A DNA stretch of 41,921 bases from Eubacteriales bacterium. Its GTDB lineage: Bacteria; Bacillota; Clostridia; Oscillospirales; QAKW01. The notes beneath the pieces are model-generated. The model saw nothing but the letters and a program-made list of their open reading frames with translations. It made no database searches and was not told the DNA's origin. This document shows positions 1 to 9,114 of this stretch, piece after piece. The stretch lies in assembly GCA_045659565.1 (NCBI GenBank), contig JAZOXD010000223.1, forward strand, positions 1 through 41,921. The letters run 5' to 3'. Position numbers and translations under genes: made by a program. The number at the start of each line of letters is the position of its first letter. The first letter of the stretch is position 1.

Positions 1-43
1 AGTATATCGATCCCAGAGAAGAATAAGGAAGGAGGAACGTTCA

Positions 44-1042
44 ATGGCTACTTTTGAAAGTTATGAAAGAAGAATCGGTAAAATCCAGCCCGTATTGGAT
101 CAGTATGGATTCAAGACCCTGGATGAGGCAAACGAGTTTTGCCTGGCTAAGGGCATTGATGTTGCCTCTATCGTAAAGGGCGTTCAGCCCATCGCATTCG
201 AGAACGCTTGCTGGGCTTATACCCTGGGTTGCGCTATCGCTCTGAAGAAGAACTGCACCCGTGCTGCTGATGCTGCTAAGGCCATCGGTGAAGGTCTGCA
301 GGCTTTCTGTATCCCCGGCTCCGTTGCCGAAACCCGTGACGTAGGTCTGGGCCACGGTAACCTGGCTTCCATGCTGCTGGAAGAGACCACCAAGTGCTTC
401 TGCTTCCTGGCTGGTCACGAATCCTTCGCCGCTGCCGAAGGTGCTATCGGTATTGCTAAGACTGCCAATAAGGTTCGTAAAGAGCCCCTGCAGGTTATCC
501 TGAACGGTCTGGGCAAGGATGCCGCTTATATCATTTCCAGAATCAACGGCTTCACCTATGTAGAAACCGACTACGACTTCTACACCAGCGAGTTGAAGAT
601 CGTGAACACCACCGCATATTCCGATGGTGATAAGGCTAAGGTTCGTTGCTACGGCGCTAACGACGTTCTGGAAGGCGTTGCTATCATGAAGCACGAGGGT
701 GTTGACGTTTCCATCACCGGTAACTCCACCAACCCCACCCGCTTCCAGCATCCCGTTGCAGGTACCTATAAGAAATGGGCCATCGAAAACGGCAAGAAGT
801 ATTTCTCCGTTGCTTCCGGTGGCGGTACCGGCCGTACCCTGCACCCCGATAATATGGCTGCAGGCCCCGCTTCCTATGGCTTGACCGATACTATGGGCCG
901 TATGCACGGTGACGCTCAGTTCGCCGGCTCCTCTTCCGTTCCTGCTCACGTTGAAATGATGGGCTTGATCGGTATGGGCAATAACCCCATGGTAGGCGCA
1001 ACCGTAGCTGTTGCAGTTGCTGTGGAAGAATCCCTGAAGTAA
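44..1042 (+). CDS. GGGtGRT-family protein (conserved, function unknown)
   Basis: 332-aa ORF. SD GGAGGA lies 7 nt before the ATG. Contains the family-defining motif SGGGTGRTLHPD. Codon choice is strongly biased (GGT/GCT/GTT/CGT/AAG/TTC), as in highly expressed genes. Hairpin terminator downstream. Confidence 0.85.
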   Translation: MATFESYERRIGKIQPVLDQYGFKTLDEANEFCLAKGIDVASIVKGVQPIAFENACWAYTLGCAIALKKNCTRAADAAKAIGEGLQAFCIPGSVAETRDVGLGHGNLASMLLEETTKCFCFLAGHESFAAAEGAIGIAKTANKVRKEPLQVILNGLGKDAAYIISRINGFTYVETDYDFYTSELKIVNTTAYSDGDKAKVRCYGANDVLEGVAIMKHEGVDVSITGNSTNPTRFQHPVAGTYKKWAIENGKKYFSVASGGGTGRTLHPDNMAAGPASYGLTDTMGRMHGDAQFAGSSSVPAHVEMMGLIGMGNNPMVGATVAVAVAVEESLK

Positions 1043-1100
1043 TAAGGCTTTTCAAGCCTTCGGGCAATGGTAAAAATCTTATTGCGTAAAATCAATTCAT

Positions 1101-1136
1101 AAAAAATAGCGGTGCAATCAGCACCGCTATTTTTAA
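1101..1136. terminator. Bidirectional intrinsic terminator between convergent genes
   Basis: AAAAAA-ATAGCGGTGC-aatca-GCACCGCTAT-TTTT: 10-bp perfect stem flanked by an A-tract and a T-tract. Overlaps the stop of the minus-strand AraC gene. Confidence 0.75.
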
Positions 1137-1939
1137 TAGTTCCTTTCGCTCTTTCGATATTGGGTCGGTGTTTTCCCGCAAAGCTCCTTGAATCGACGGG
1201 AAAAATAATAGGAGTCGCAAAAGCCAAGATTCTCTCCGATTTCGGCAATCGACTGAGTGGTAAACAGCAAGCGCCTCTGTGCTTCGAAAAGCAGCATTTC
1301 ATCTATATACCGTCCTACGCTCTTTCCCAACTCCCGATGAAATGTATTGTTCAAGGTTCGCTCGGAGAGATACACCTGCTCCGCCAAAGCACGCACCGAA
1401 AGGCGGGCAGAAAGGTTTCTGCGAATATGGCGAATTGTCCGTTGCACCGCCAAGGAATAGTTGGTCTCGTCATCATTGCCTATTCCCGCCGACTCCAAAC
1501 CTGCCAAAACATCCTCCAGCAAAAGCTGCTTCAAGCATAGGGTTTTGCAAAGGTTTTGCCTGGTGCATAGTTCCTCCAGTCTTTTCTGCTTTTCCTTGGA
1601 AAAGGGATGGCAGATAGGTCTACGAAGCTCCATAACCAGATCATAACCGTCCCGCTTCAAAAGGGTCAGATGAAAATAATACTTTTCCGCCATACCGTCG
1701 CATCCTGCAGAAAAAGGAAGCCCTGCCGGAAGCAGGTAAAACCACCCCGCTCGAAGCGGAATCCGCTCTCCCGCAAATTCCAGCCACGCCTCTCCCGTGG
1801 TAAAATAATATAATCTGGAATAAGGCGCTCCTTGTATCTGTAATCTCCAGTTTTCGTCCAACTGCGCGAAAGCTCCCTCTAAAAGATAGGGCTGAAGATA
1901 ATTTCCTTGCTCCGTAAAGGAGACGTGTTGGATGTTCAT
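1133..1939 (-). CDS. AraC-family transcriptional regulator (cupin sensor domain plus C-terminal HTH)
   Basis: 268 aa. N-terminal cupin-like region; C-terminal AraC signature (SIAEIGENLGFCDSYYFSRRFKELCGKTPTQYR). SD GGAGAA upstream. Divergent from the GH29 gene. Confidence 0.85.
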   Translation of the reverse strand: MNIQHVSFTEQGNYLQPYLLEGAFAQLDENWRLQIQGAPYSRLYYFTTGEAWLEFAGERIPLRAGWFYLLPAGLPFSAGCDGMAEKYYFHLTLLKRDGYDLVMELRRPICHPFSKEKQKRLEELCTRQNLCKTLCLKQLLLEDVLAGLESAGIGNDDETNYSLAVQRTIRHIRRNLSARLSVRALAEQVYLSERTLNNTFHRELGKSVGRYIDEMLLFEAQRRLLFTTQSIAEIGENLGFCDSYYFSRRFKELCGKTPTQYRKSERNY

Positions 1940-2041
1940 TTTCTGTTTTCTCCATTTTTATTTCGGTTTATTATATGGTGTTTTCCAACTTCTTCATTTA
2001 TAATAACATATAGACGATAAAATTACAAGGAGTTGATTGCC

Positions 2042-3367
2042 ATGCCATACACCACCAAAAAGACCCTCGGCGATACCACATGGTTTACCAGGGACCGCTT
2101 CGGAATGTTTATCCATTTTGGCTTATATGCCCTGCCTGCACGGCACGAATGGATCAAAACACGTGAAGAACTCACCGACGAGGATTATCAAAAATACTTC
2201 GATCATTTCAATCCGGATCTGACGGACGCCCGCGAATGGGCAAAAAAAGCCAAAGAGGCAGGAATGAAATATGTGGTCTTCACCACCAAGCACCACGAAG
2301 GTTTTTGTCTTTGGGACAGCAAATATACCGATTATAAGGTTACCAACACTCCCTATGGCAAAGATATTTTAAAAGAAGTAACCGATGCCTTCCGTGCCGA
2401 AGGTTTGCGTATTGGTCTATATTATTCCCTTATCGATTGGCACCACCCCGATTTCCGAATCGATACCATTCATCCGGATCGCAACCGTCAGGAGCGGGTC
2501 GATGCCAATCCTACCCGTGATATGGCCCGATATGCCCAATATATGCGGGATCAGGTCACCGAGCTTTTGAGCGGATACGGAGATATTGATATCCTGTGGC
2601 TTGATTTTTCCTACAGTGCAATAAAAAATTACAGCTATCTGCCCGGTCTGCTCGGAAAGGGAAAGGATGATTGGGAATCGGAGAAGCTAATCGCCACCGC
2701 CCGCTCCATCCGTCCCAATATCATCATCAACAATCGCAGTGGGATCGAGCAGGATATTTTTACCCCCGAGCAGGTTGAGGTCAATCGCTGGGTAACCCAT
2801 CCCGAAACAGGGGAGAGAGTCGTTTGGGAAACCTGCCAGACCTTCAGCGGAAGCTGGGGCTATCATCGAGACGAGACCAGCTGGAAATCCCCTGAAATGC
2901 TGCTTGAATTTTTGATCCGTACCGTGGCTTGCGGCGGAAATCTGCTGATGAACGTAGGACCTACGGGTCGCGGTACCTTCGACTATCGTGCCGATACCGC
3001 CCTTCAGGTCTATGCCGATTGGATGAAGTATAACAGCCGCTCCATCTATAACTGCACGATGGCAGAACCCGAATTCATCGCCCCCGCAGGAAACTACTAC
3101 ACCCAAAGCGCTGATGGAAAGCGCTTATATCTTCATCTTTTTAAATATCCCTTTAAGACGCTTATCCTTCCCGGTCTTGCCGGAAAGATCAAATATGCTC
3201 AATTCCTGCATGATGCCAGCGAAATTCTTTATAGCGAAAAGTCGCCTAAGGCCGCTTCCTTGACAAGCGGGAGCATCAATAAGAACGAAGAAGCCTCTGT
3301 TTATCTTACCCTTCCCGTCACTGCACCGCCCACCCTCGTTCCGGTCATTGAGCTCTTTTTGAAATAA
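2042..3367 (+). CDS. alpha-L-fucosidase, glycoside hydrolase family 29
   Basis: GH29 hallmarks: FGMFIHFGLYALPA, KHHEGFCLWDSKYT, YYSLIDWHHPDF. The ATG at 2042 lies 9 nt after AAGGAG and is preferred over the TTG at 2033 in the ORF track. Confidence 0.85.
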   Translation: MPYTTKKTLGDTTWFTRDRFGMFIHFGLYALPARHEWIKTREELTDEDYQKYFDHFNPDLTDAREWAKKAKEAGMKYVVFTTKHHEGFCLWDSKYTDYKVTNTPYGKDILKEVTDAFRAEGLRIGLYYSLIDWHHPDFRIDTIHPDRNRQERVDANPTRDMARYAQYMRDQVTELLSGYGDIDILWLDFSYSAIKNYSYLPGLLGKGKDDWESEKLIATARSIRPNIIINNRSGIEQDIFTPEQVEVNRWVTHPETGERVVWETCQTFSGSWGYHRDETSWKSPEMLLEFLIRTVACGGNLLMNVGPTGRGTFDYRADTALQVYADWMKYNSRSIYNCTMAEPEFIAPAGNYYTQSADGKRLYLHLFKYPFKTLILPGLAGKIKYAQFLHDASEILYSEKSPKAASLTSGSINKNEEASVYLTLPVTAPPTLVPVIELFLK

Positions 3368-3503
3368 TGCCATACGAGAGATAGCAGCTTTCAATCGTCT
3401 AAAGAAAGATTCCATCACAGCGTTGTTTCTTGATATTTCGCTCCGGACATACCTTGAATTGATCGTTGTGCATAAGGATAAAATCCCGATGGTTGGTATG
3501 GCT
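3368..3503 (-). pseudogene. Relic of an rve/integrase-core (IS3-like) transposase C-terminus, frameshifted and truncated
   Basis: Two minus-strand frames read ...DFILMHNDQ...KKQRCDG then MESFFRRLKAAISR. These resemble the ILHSDQG ... ESFFxxLKxE end of DDE integrase-core transposases. No intact ORF, no inverted repeats seen. Confidence 0.35.
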
Positions 3504-3550
3504 GTATCTGAAGCGCTGAAATAAGCGCAAGAGGGTTGAAATTAGCGCAT

Positions 3551-3582
3551 AAAAAAGGAACTCCCTCGGGAGTTCCTTTTTT
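3551..3582. terminator. Bidirectional intrinsic terminator
   Basis: AAAAAAGGAACTCCC-tc-GGGAGTTCCTTTTTT: 11-bp stem with flanking A and T tracts, downstream of the minus-strand AraC gene. Confidence 0.75.
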
Positions 3583-3621
3583 ATGGTTTTTTTAAAAGCA
3601 TATGCCGACCCGTAACAAATT

Positions 3622-4425
3622 TTATGTAATTTTGTTCTCGTTTCGGTAATTAAGAGGTCTTGTGCCGGTGGTTTCATAAAAGACCTTGGAAAAATAGTGT
3701 ACGGTTTTAAAACCCGTTGCAATTGCGATTTGCGAAGTATTCATATCAGAATAGAGAAGCAGTTCTTTTGCCTTTTCCACACGCTTGTCTTTGAGAAAAT
3801 TCATTGGCGTCTGACGGGTTATTTTTTTGAATTTTCTCAAAAAATAATTCTTTTCAAAGCCAGCCACCTGAGCTAATTCATCCAGGGTGATATTCTCAGC
3901 AAGATTTTGTTCCATATAAGAAATCACGGTGTCTATTTCCGCCGAAAAGCCCTCGGTGTTTTTATCACCATCAAGATTTTTCAGATGATCGTCATAACAA
4001 CGCAATAAAAAGACGATCAATAATTGAAAATTCAGGTTGATGATTTCGGAAGACATGATCCGACTCTTGGAAGTTTCCTGATGAATCGTTTGCAGCACAG
4101 ACTTTATGGGATAGTTTTTTACGCTCATGCGAAAAGGTAACTTTGTGATCTTTTCTTTTGCTTCGGGGTTATGCATATTGAATTTGATCTCGAGGGTTTT
4201 TAAGGATTCGCTATGCCCGTTAAAAAAAGCGTGTTCAAAAAACGGCGGTGTTAAATAAATGTTTCCGGGCGTCAAACTGTAGTGTTTTTCGCCTATCGTG
4301 ATATCCCCGGCGCCACTGGTAACGTAAATGAAATGAAAAAACTCATGGTGGTGTTTGGATATTCCGATTTCGCTCAAATATTCACAGGACTCTATCCAAA
4401 TGATGTTAAAGTCACTTAATTCCAT
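3622..4425 (-). CDS. AraC-family transcriptional regulator (cupin plus HTH)
   Basis: 267 aa. Cupin-like N-terminus (HHHEFFHFIYV..G); AraC HTH C-terminus (SQIAIATGFKTVHYFSKVFYETTGTRPLNYR). SD GGGAGGGT before the ATG. Confidence 0.85.
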   Translation of the reverse strand: MELSDFNIIWIESCEYLSEIGISKHHHEFFHFIYVTSGAGDITIGEKHYSLTPGNIYLTPPFFEHAFFNGHSESLKTLEIKFNMHNPEAKEKITKLPFRMSVKNYPIKSVLQTIHQETSKSRIMSSEIINLNFQLLIVFLLRCYDDHLKNLDGDKNTEGFSAEIDTVISYMEQNLAENITLDELAQVAGFEKNYFLRKFKKITRQTPMNFLKDKRVEKAKELLLYSDMNTSQIAIATGFKTVHYFSKVFYETTGTRPLNYRNENKIT

Positions 4426-4526
4426 AAAAACCCTCCCGTCCCATTTCTAATATCATACTGCATATTGCTTGAAATTGCAAATTTTAATGCGCAGTACTTC
4501 GCCTAATATGCATTCGGGGGTTGGAT

Positions 4527-5540
4527 TTAAATTCTTTTTTCGAGCAAAAGTTCAAGCATATCCATAGACTTTGCGGCATCCTCGATGGAACACAGGGGCT
4601 TTGTTCCGTTCAGCAAGCATTGAACAAAGTCGACGTTTTCGGCCTTGTAGCCATAATAGTGGGAGTATTTTTCACTTCCGGCAAGTTCAACTGCATCCAG
4701 ATGCTCAACGTTTGATTCACGCACGCCTGCAGATGCTGCCGAATACATGGAACCGCCCTCGTTATAGTGGATTTGTGCACTGCATTTTGTATCACCAAAG
4801 CCTAAGTTAATATACGCACTTGCATCCGGCCCATGAATTTCAATGTCATGGAAGCGAGCGGCGCACTTGTAATTGGCACGGAGTGTTCCGGTAATTCCGT
4901 TTTCAAAGCGGACAATACTGCTCCAGGCGTTGTCTACGGGAGAATCAAAGCGCTGAACAAGAGTGGCGGCATCCTTAGGCTCGGAACCTGCAACGTAGCG
5001 CAGAAGATCCAGAGCATGTACAATATCACAATTGTATGCACTGGCATAATGCCAATCCTTATGAACGTGAGAAAACTTCATAAAGCGGCTGTCGATCTGT
5101 GTGATCTCCGTGGCGGCCTTCATTCTCTTTAAAACCTCTTGAACAAGCGGCATATGCCTTCTGTTCATGGCTACAGCTGCAATTTTGCCCATCTTTTCAG
5201 CGGTTCTTGCCATGGAATGAGCCTGATAGGCAGTGATTCCGGCCGGCTTTTCCATCAGTACGTTAAGGCCTGCTTTCAAACAGGTGTCCACTACCCAATA
5301 AGTGCGATCCGGGTTAACCAGAACCACTATACCGTCTAAGTCCTCGTTTGCGATCATTTCGTGGTGCAGAGCATAGGTTTTCTTAATACCGTGCTGTTCG
5401 GCAATGGCTTTTGCCTTTTCCTCATACAAGTCGCAAATGGCAACGATTTCGCATTCCTCGATCTCCATAATGCTGGGAACGTGAATCTTTCTGGCCATTC
5501 CGCCCGCCCCAATGATACCTAATCTGATTTTCTTTGACAT
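4527..5540 (-). CDS. Gfo/Idh/MocA-family NAD(P)-dependent oxidoreductase
   Basis: 337 aa. N-terminal Rossmann motif IRLGIIGAGGMARKIH and EKP motif (VLMEKPAG). SD AGGAGG. Confidence 0.85.
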   Translation of the reverse strand: MSKKIRLGIIGAGGMARKIHVPSIMEIEECEIVAICDLYEEKAKAIAEQHGIKKTYALHHEMIANEDLDGIVVLVNPDRTYWVVDTCLKAGLNVLMEKPAGITAYQAHSMARTAEKMGKIAAVAMNRRHMPLVQEVLKRMKAATEITQIDSRFMKFSHVHKDWHYASAYNCDIVHALDLLRYVAGSEPKDAATLVQRFDSPVDNAWSSIVRFENGITGTLRANYKCAARFHDIEIHGPDASAYINLGFGDTKCSAQIHYNEGGSMYSAASAGVRESNVEHLDAVELAGSEKYSHYYGYKAENVDFVQCLLNGTKPLCSIEDAAKSMDMLELLLEKRI

Positions 5541-5566
5541 GGTGTTCCTCCTAAAATGTTATTGAT

Positions 5567-6589
5567 TTATTTTAAAAATACCTTTTTACCGGTCTTTGCC
5601 GATTCATAAATAGCACAAACGATGTCTATGGCTTTTTTTCCTTCACAGGCATCGATCCAAGGCTTTTTATTTGATAAAACAGATTTTATAAAATCCTTCA
5701 ACTGCTCGGCGTGAAGCGAGGAGTCAATGCCGTCAGGCCTGCTTGCTGACGCATAATTTTTACTTTCACCTGTCACAAGGTGCTCTTCTCCCTTTACGTC
5801 ACAAATTTCGATTGAATCTTCACATAAGACGATGGTGCCGCCGGAACCGCAAATTTCTATTCTGCGGGCATAGCCCGGTGCAACGGAGGTGGTTGCCTGA
5901 ATGGTGCCGAGCGCGCCGTTTTCATACTCCAGAACGGCAGTTAACGTATCCTCTGTCTCAATATCATGGACAAGCGTTTTCGCAAATGCAGAAACCGCTA
6001 CCACCTTTCCCATAATGCACTGCAGAAGATCTACACCGTGAATGCCCTGGTTCATTAGCGCACCGCCACCATCCATAGCCTGCGTTCCGCGCCATGCATT
6101 GTTTGCATAGTACGCCGGGTCACGCCAATATTTCATAATGGCATTGCCCAACGTTATTGTACCAAGCTTGCCGCTGTCTGCGATTCGTTTTATTTCTTTC
6201 AAGGCTTTTGTGTATCTGAGCTGAGAAATGACCGAAACAAAAACGTGGTTTTCTTCAGCGGCTTTGATGATTTTCTCCGCCTGGCTTGGGGTAAGCGCAA
6301 TGGGCTTTTCTATCACAACGTGTTTTTTATAATGGATACATTCCATAGCAGCCTCAAAATGAAGCCCGCTCGGCAGACAAATGCAAACAGCGTCTATCTT
6401 ATCGGAAGAGAGAAACGCCTCCTTGCTTTTGAAGCCTGCAACGTCAAACCTTTCGCAAAAGGCATTGCATGCACTCTCATTAAAGTCATAGGCACCGGTG
6501 ATAACGGCTCGGTCGATTTGCGTTATGGCATTGGCATGAACGGTTGAGATTAAACCGCACCCTAAAATACCAAACCTGAATTTCTCCAT
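5567..6589 (-). CDS. Gfo/Idh/MocA-family NAD(P)-dependent oxidoreductase
   Basis: 340 aa. FRFGILGCGLIS Rossmann motif, VVIEKPIA motif. SD AGAGGTG. Confidence 0.85.
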   Translation of the reverse strand: MEKFRFGILGCGLISTVHANAITQIDRAVITGAYDFNESACNAFCERFDVAGFKSKEAFLSSDKIDAVCICLPSGLHFEAAMECIHYKKHVVIEKPIALTPSQAEKIIKAAEENHVFVSVISQLRYTKALKEIKRIADSGKLGTITLGNAIMKYWRDPAYYANNAWRGTQAMDGGGALMNQGIHGVDLLQCIMGKVVAVSAFAKTLVHDIETEDTLTAVLEYENGALGTIQATTSVAPGYARRIEICGSGGTIVLCEDSIEICDVKGEEHLVTGESKNYASASRPDGIDSSLHAEQLKDFIKSVLSNKKPWIDACEGKKAIDIVCAIYESAKTGKKVFLK

Positions 6590-7881
6590 TCGTGCACCTC
6601 TTTTTTATGTAGATAACGATCAAAATACTTCGGTAATTCAAAAACTCCGCCATTTGTTTCGTAGAACCGGTCCCCGAGATAAAAAATCCCGTCTTCGCAT
6701 TTTGTGAAACGCTCTCCGTACCAAGGATGATGCCGAAGCATCCTTTCCCAATTGACATAATTTTGCTCCCCGTTGGATTCAATAACCCCCACGTTCATTT
6801 TCGGGATCGGGTTAAGGCGGGCCGCTACGCATTGATTCCATGATACCATGATAGGATTAACCGTCAGATCGGCACAAAAGCAGATGATACCGTGCCTTCG
6901 TGCATGTTCCCACATTCTGATGGTCATACTAAGGGTTTTCGCAATGGGCTTAAGTGCTAAAGCCTTGTAGCCCAACGCAATACGTTCTTGTACGTCTTCT
7001 GCACTGTGTGCGCTTTCATCGGCGGCAATGCAGATCGGCAGATCTCTGACGTCAATCTTGTTATCTTCATCAAACGGTTCTTCCAAAAGAACGATTCTGT
7101 CTAAAAATCCGTGTTCATCGGCAAAGCTTATTAAGGCGTTTAGTCTTTCTTTTGAATCATACCTTCCGTTAGCGTCAAGGTAATATAAAATCTTTCCTGT
7201 TTCAGTATAGGGTGTAACAATATCCTTTACTGTCTGATGAATTTCTAAAATTCTGTTTTGATCCCATAAGAGCATTTCCGTTGGATCATTATTTTTTAAT
7301 GGGTCGGAACCGATCTTGATTTTGAAAAGTGCGATCCCGCTTTCCGCCATAGTGCGCACCGCCTTCAAAGGCGTGCTGTATGTGATCAGTGGAATATTGG
7401 CAAGAATTTTTTGATGTTGTCCGTCAAAGGGAGCAAGCTCATCAAAATTCTGTTTGCCGTTTTCTTTCGCCCAAAGCTGCCACATCGCAAAATCGATCGG
7501 AACCAAAGCGTTAAGGACAAAGGTCGTGCGCAAATGTTCAACCCCAATGAGCTCCTTTGCGTATGCAAGCACCTTAGGAAGTAATAGGTCCATAAGCTCA
7601 AAGGGTGTTTCGACGGCGATGTTTTCGCAAAGCTTCGCGGCATATTCTGTTGCTTTGAACATTTCCCGATTCCCGTCTTCTTCTCCCAACTTCTGAAAAA
7701 CCGCCGCATCGGACCATAAAACGCTTTGAATACCAAGCCCGATTCCTGCGTCTTGGTCTGTTTCCAGCCTGACAACGGTTTGCCAGGTACAGGTTAAAGC
7801 ATTTCCTTTAAATCCAAAAGCCGTTTTTAGCGGCTCTTTTTCGTAATAGCAGCTTGCCCTGCGAATGTGAATTTTTGACAT
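6562..7881 (-). CDS. Enolase-superfamily enzyme (muconate-lactonizing-enzyme / dipeptide-epimerase-like subgroup), substrate unknown
   Basis: Candidate catalytic and metal motifs in the expected order: FKIKIG (KxK), YLDANG (Asp), LLEEPF (Glu), AADES (Asp), LKPIAK (Lys). Start set at MSKIH (7881), behind GAGGGT. The 24-codon upstream extension in the ORF track has no SD. The 3' end overlaps the next gene by 28 nt. Confidence 0.7.
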   Translation of the reverse strand: MSKIHIRRASCYYEKEPLKTAFGFKGNALTCTWQTVVRLETDQDAGIGLGIQSVLWSDAAVFQKLGEEDGNREMFKATEYAAKLCENIAVETPFELMDLLLPKVLAYAKELIGVEHLRTTFVLNALVPIDFAMWQLWAKENGKQNFDELAPFDGQHQKILANIPLITYSTPLKAVRTMAESGIALFKIKIGSDPLKNNDPTEMLLWDQNRILEIHQTVKDIVTPYTETGKILYYLDANGRYDSKERLNALISFADEHGFLDRIVLLEEPFDEDNKIDVRDLPICIAADESAHSAEDVQERIALGYKALALKPIAKTLSMTIRMWEHARRHGIICFCADLTVNPIMVSWNQCVAARLNPIPKMNVGVIESNGEQNYVNWERMLRHHPWYGERFTKCEDGIFYLGDRFYETNGGVFELPKYFDRYLHKKEVHEWRNSGLVF

Positions 7882-8132
7882 AATTATACCCTCGCTGTCT
7901 TTTTCAATAACATTATAGAACATACACAACGGAATTGCTTTAGCAAATATCATCTATTTTTTATAAAATATAGACTTTTGATTTTGCAAAAACCTTTCTT
8001 CGGTGTAAGGGATCTTTTTGAATGCTGCCGATTTTTCAATGCTAAAGAGGGATTTTTAGGGAATATGCGATTATATGCCTGATTTATATATTTTAGGCTA
8101 AGCGGCATTTTCATTTTTATCTTGAAATGATA

Positions 8133-8161
8133 TTGCGTATTTTGTCGTAAAGAAGTATAAT
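8133..8161 (+). promoter_or_regulatory. Candidate sigma-A promoter of the metallophosphoesterase gene
   Basis: TTGCGT, 17 nt, TATAAT, about 55 nt upstream of the ATG at 8216. Confidence 0.4.
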
Positions 8162-8215
8162 GTTAGATAAAGCAACAGGTTATAAAAACTTCAAGCGATA
8201 CGATAGGGGCTTAAA

Positions 8216-9007
8216 ATGAAATTGATTATATTTACCGATCTGCACTATTATGGTGGCGATCGTGCAACTGCCATCTTTGGCAAGACCAAAAAACTGACCC
8301 AATATTCTATCCCGATGCTGGAGCAGTTGGTTCAAAAAGTCAATAAAGAGTATTATCCCGATGCGGTGATCAATCTTGGGGATTCTATCCAGGATTCCAA
8401 TACCTACGAGTCGGATCTTCATGGGCTTACTTATATTGCAAACCGCTTTAAGGAATTTGATCCGCCCTGCTACAGCGTCTTGGGAAACCACGATATGAAG
8501 ATGTTTGATTCCCACGCCGAGGCGAAAGAGATCTTCGGCTACGATCGCTTTACCTATTCCTTGGATCTGGCAGGCTACCATCTGGTTTTTCTGACCACCG
8601 CCATTGATCCCGCTGTTCATAATTTAGGCGGTGGGATTCCCAAAACCCATTATATGAGTAAAGAAGATCTTGTATGGCTTCAGCAGGATCTCTCGCAGAC
8701 CGAGTTGCCCACGCTGCTCTTCAGTCACTATGCCTTTTTCGGCAAGCACGAGGGCGAGATTTTTGCAAACGCCGGGGAACTTATTAAGATCATTGAGCAA
8801 AGTGGCAAGGTCAAGGCCACCTTCTCCGGCCATACCCACGTTCCCTATCTCACCACCTGCAAGGGCGTGGAATTCCACGTCTTCGGCTCTCCCATTGCCG
8901 ATCTGCAGGAAACCGGAATCCCCGACGCCCTTTATTATGAAGTGGACGTGGATGAAAACGGCATCAAGGTTACCGAGCATACCTTCAATATCACATTAAA
9001 TTCTTAA
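8216..9007 (+). CDS. Metallophosphoesterase (calcineurin-like)
   Basis: 263 aa with the ordered motifs DLHY, LGDSIQD, GNHD and SGHTHVP. Confidence 0.8.
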   Translation: MKLIIFTDLHYYGGDRATAIFGKTKKLTQYSIPMLEQLVQKVNKEYYPDAVINLGDSIQDSNTYESDLHGLTYIANRFKEFDPPCYSVLGNHDMKMFDSHAEAKEIFGYDRFTYSLDLAGYHLVFLTTAIDPAVHNLGGGIPKTHYMSKEDLVWLQQDLSQTELPTLLFSHYAFFGKHEGEIFANAGELIKIIEQSGKVKATFSGHTHVPYLTTCKGVEFHVFGSPIADLQETGIPDALYYEVDVDENGIKVTEHTFNITLNS

Positions 9008-9030
9008 TTATGAATATGTAAGGAGCCAAA

Positions 9031-9114
9031 ATGACCTTTGATCAAAATCGCTTAAATGAATTGCAAGAGCAGATCGTGGCCCTTAAACGGCTGGTTCAGC
9101 GGCTTCACCTATGT
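9031..9114 (+). CDS. Doubtful 27-codon ORF (MTFDQNRLNELQEQIVALKRLVQRLHLC)
   Basis: Good SD (TAAGGAG, 6 nt spacer), but the ORF is very short, I recognise no family, and it runs into the GGGtGRT relic in another frame. Confidence 0.2.

Noticed and set aside
41-949. 302-aa ORF antisense to the GGGtGRT gene
   Set aside because: This is a mirror-frame ORF of a strongly codon-biased gene. Its translation is low-complexity (G/A/V/S/T-rich), there is no SD, and the sense strand carries a recognisable conserved family.
3399-3722. 107-aa minus-strand ORF spanning the AraC 3' end and the spacer
   Set aside because: It overlaps the AraC gene in another frame and crosses the bidirectional terminator. 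Only its last ~34 codons look meaningful, and those are reported instead as a transposase relic.
7882-7953. 24-codon upstream extension of the enolase-superfamily ORF
   Set aside because: There is no SD before 7953, whereas GAGGGT precedes the ATG at 7881. Homologous enzymes start close to the MSKIHI... position.
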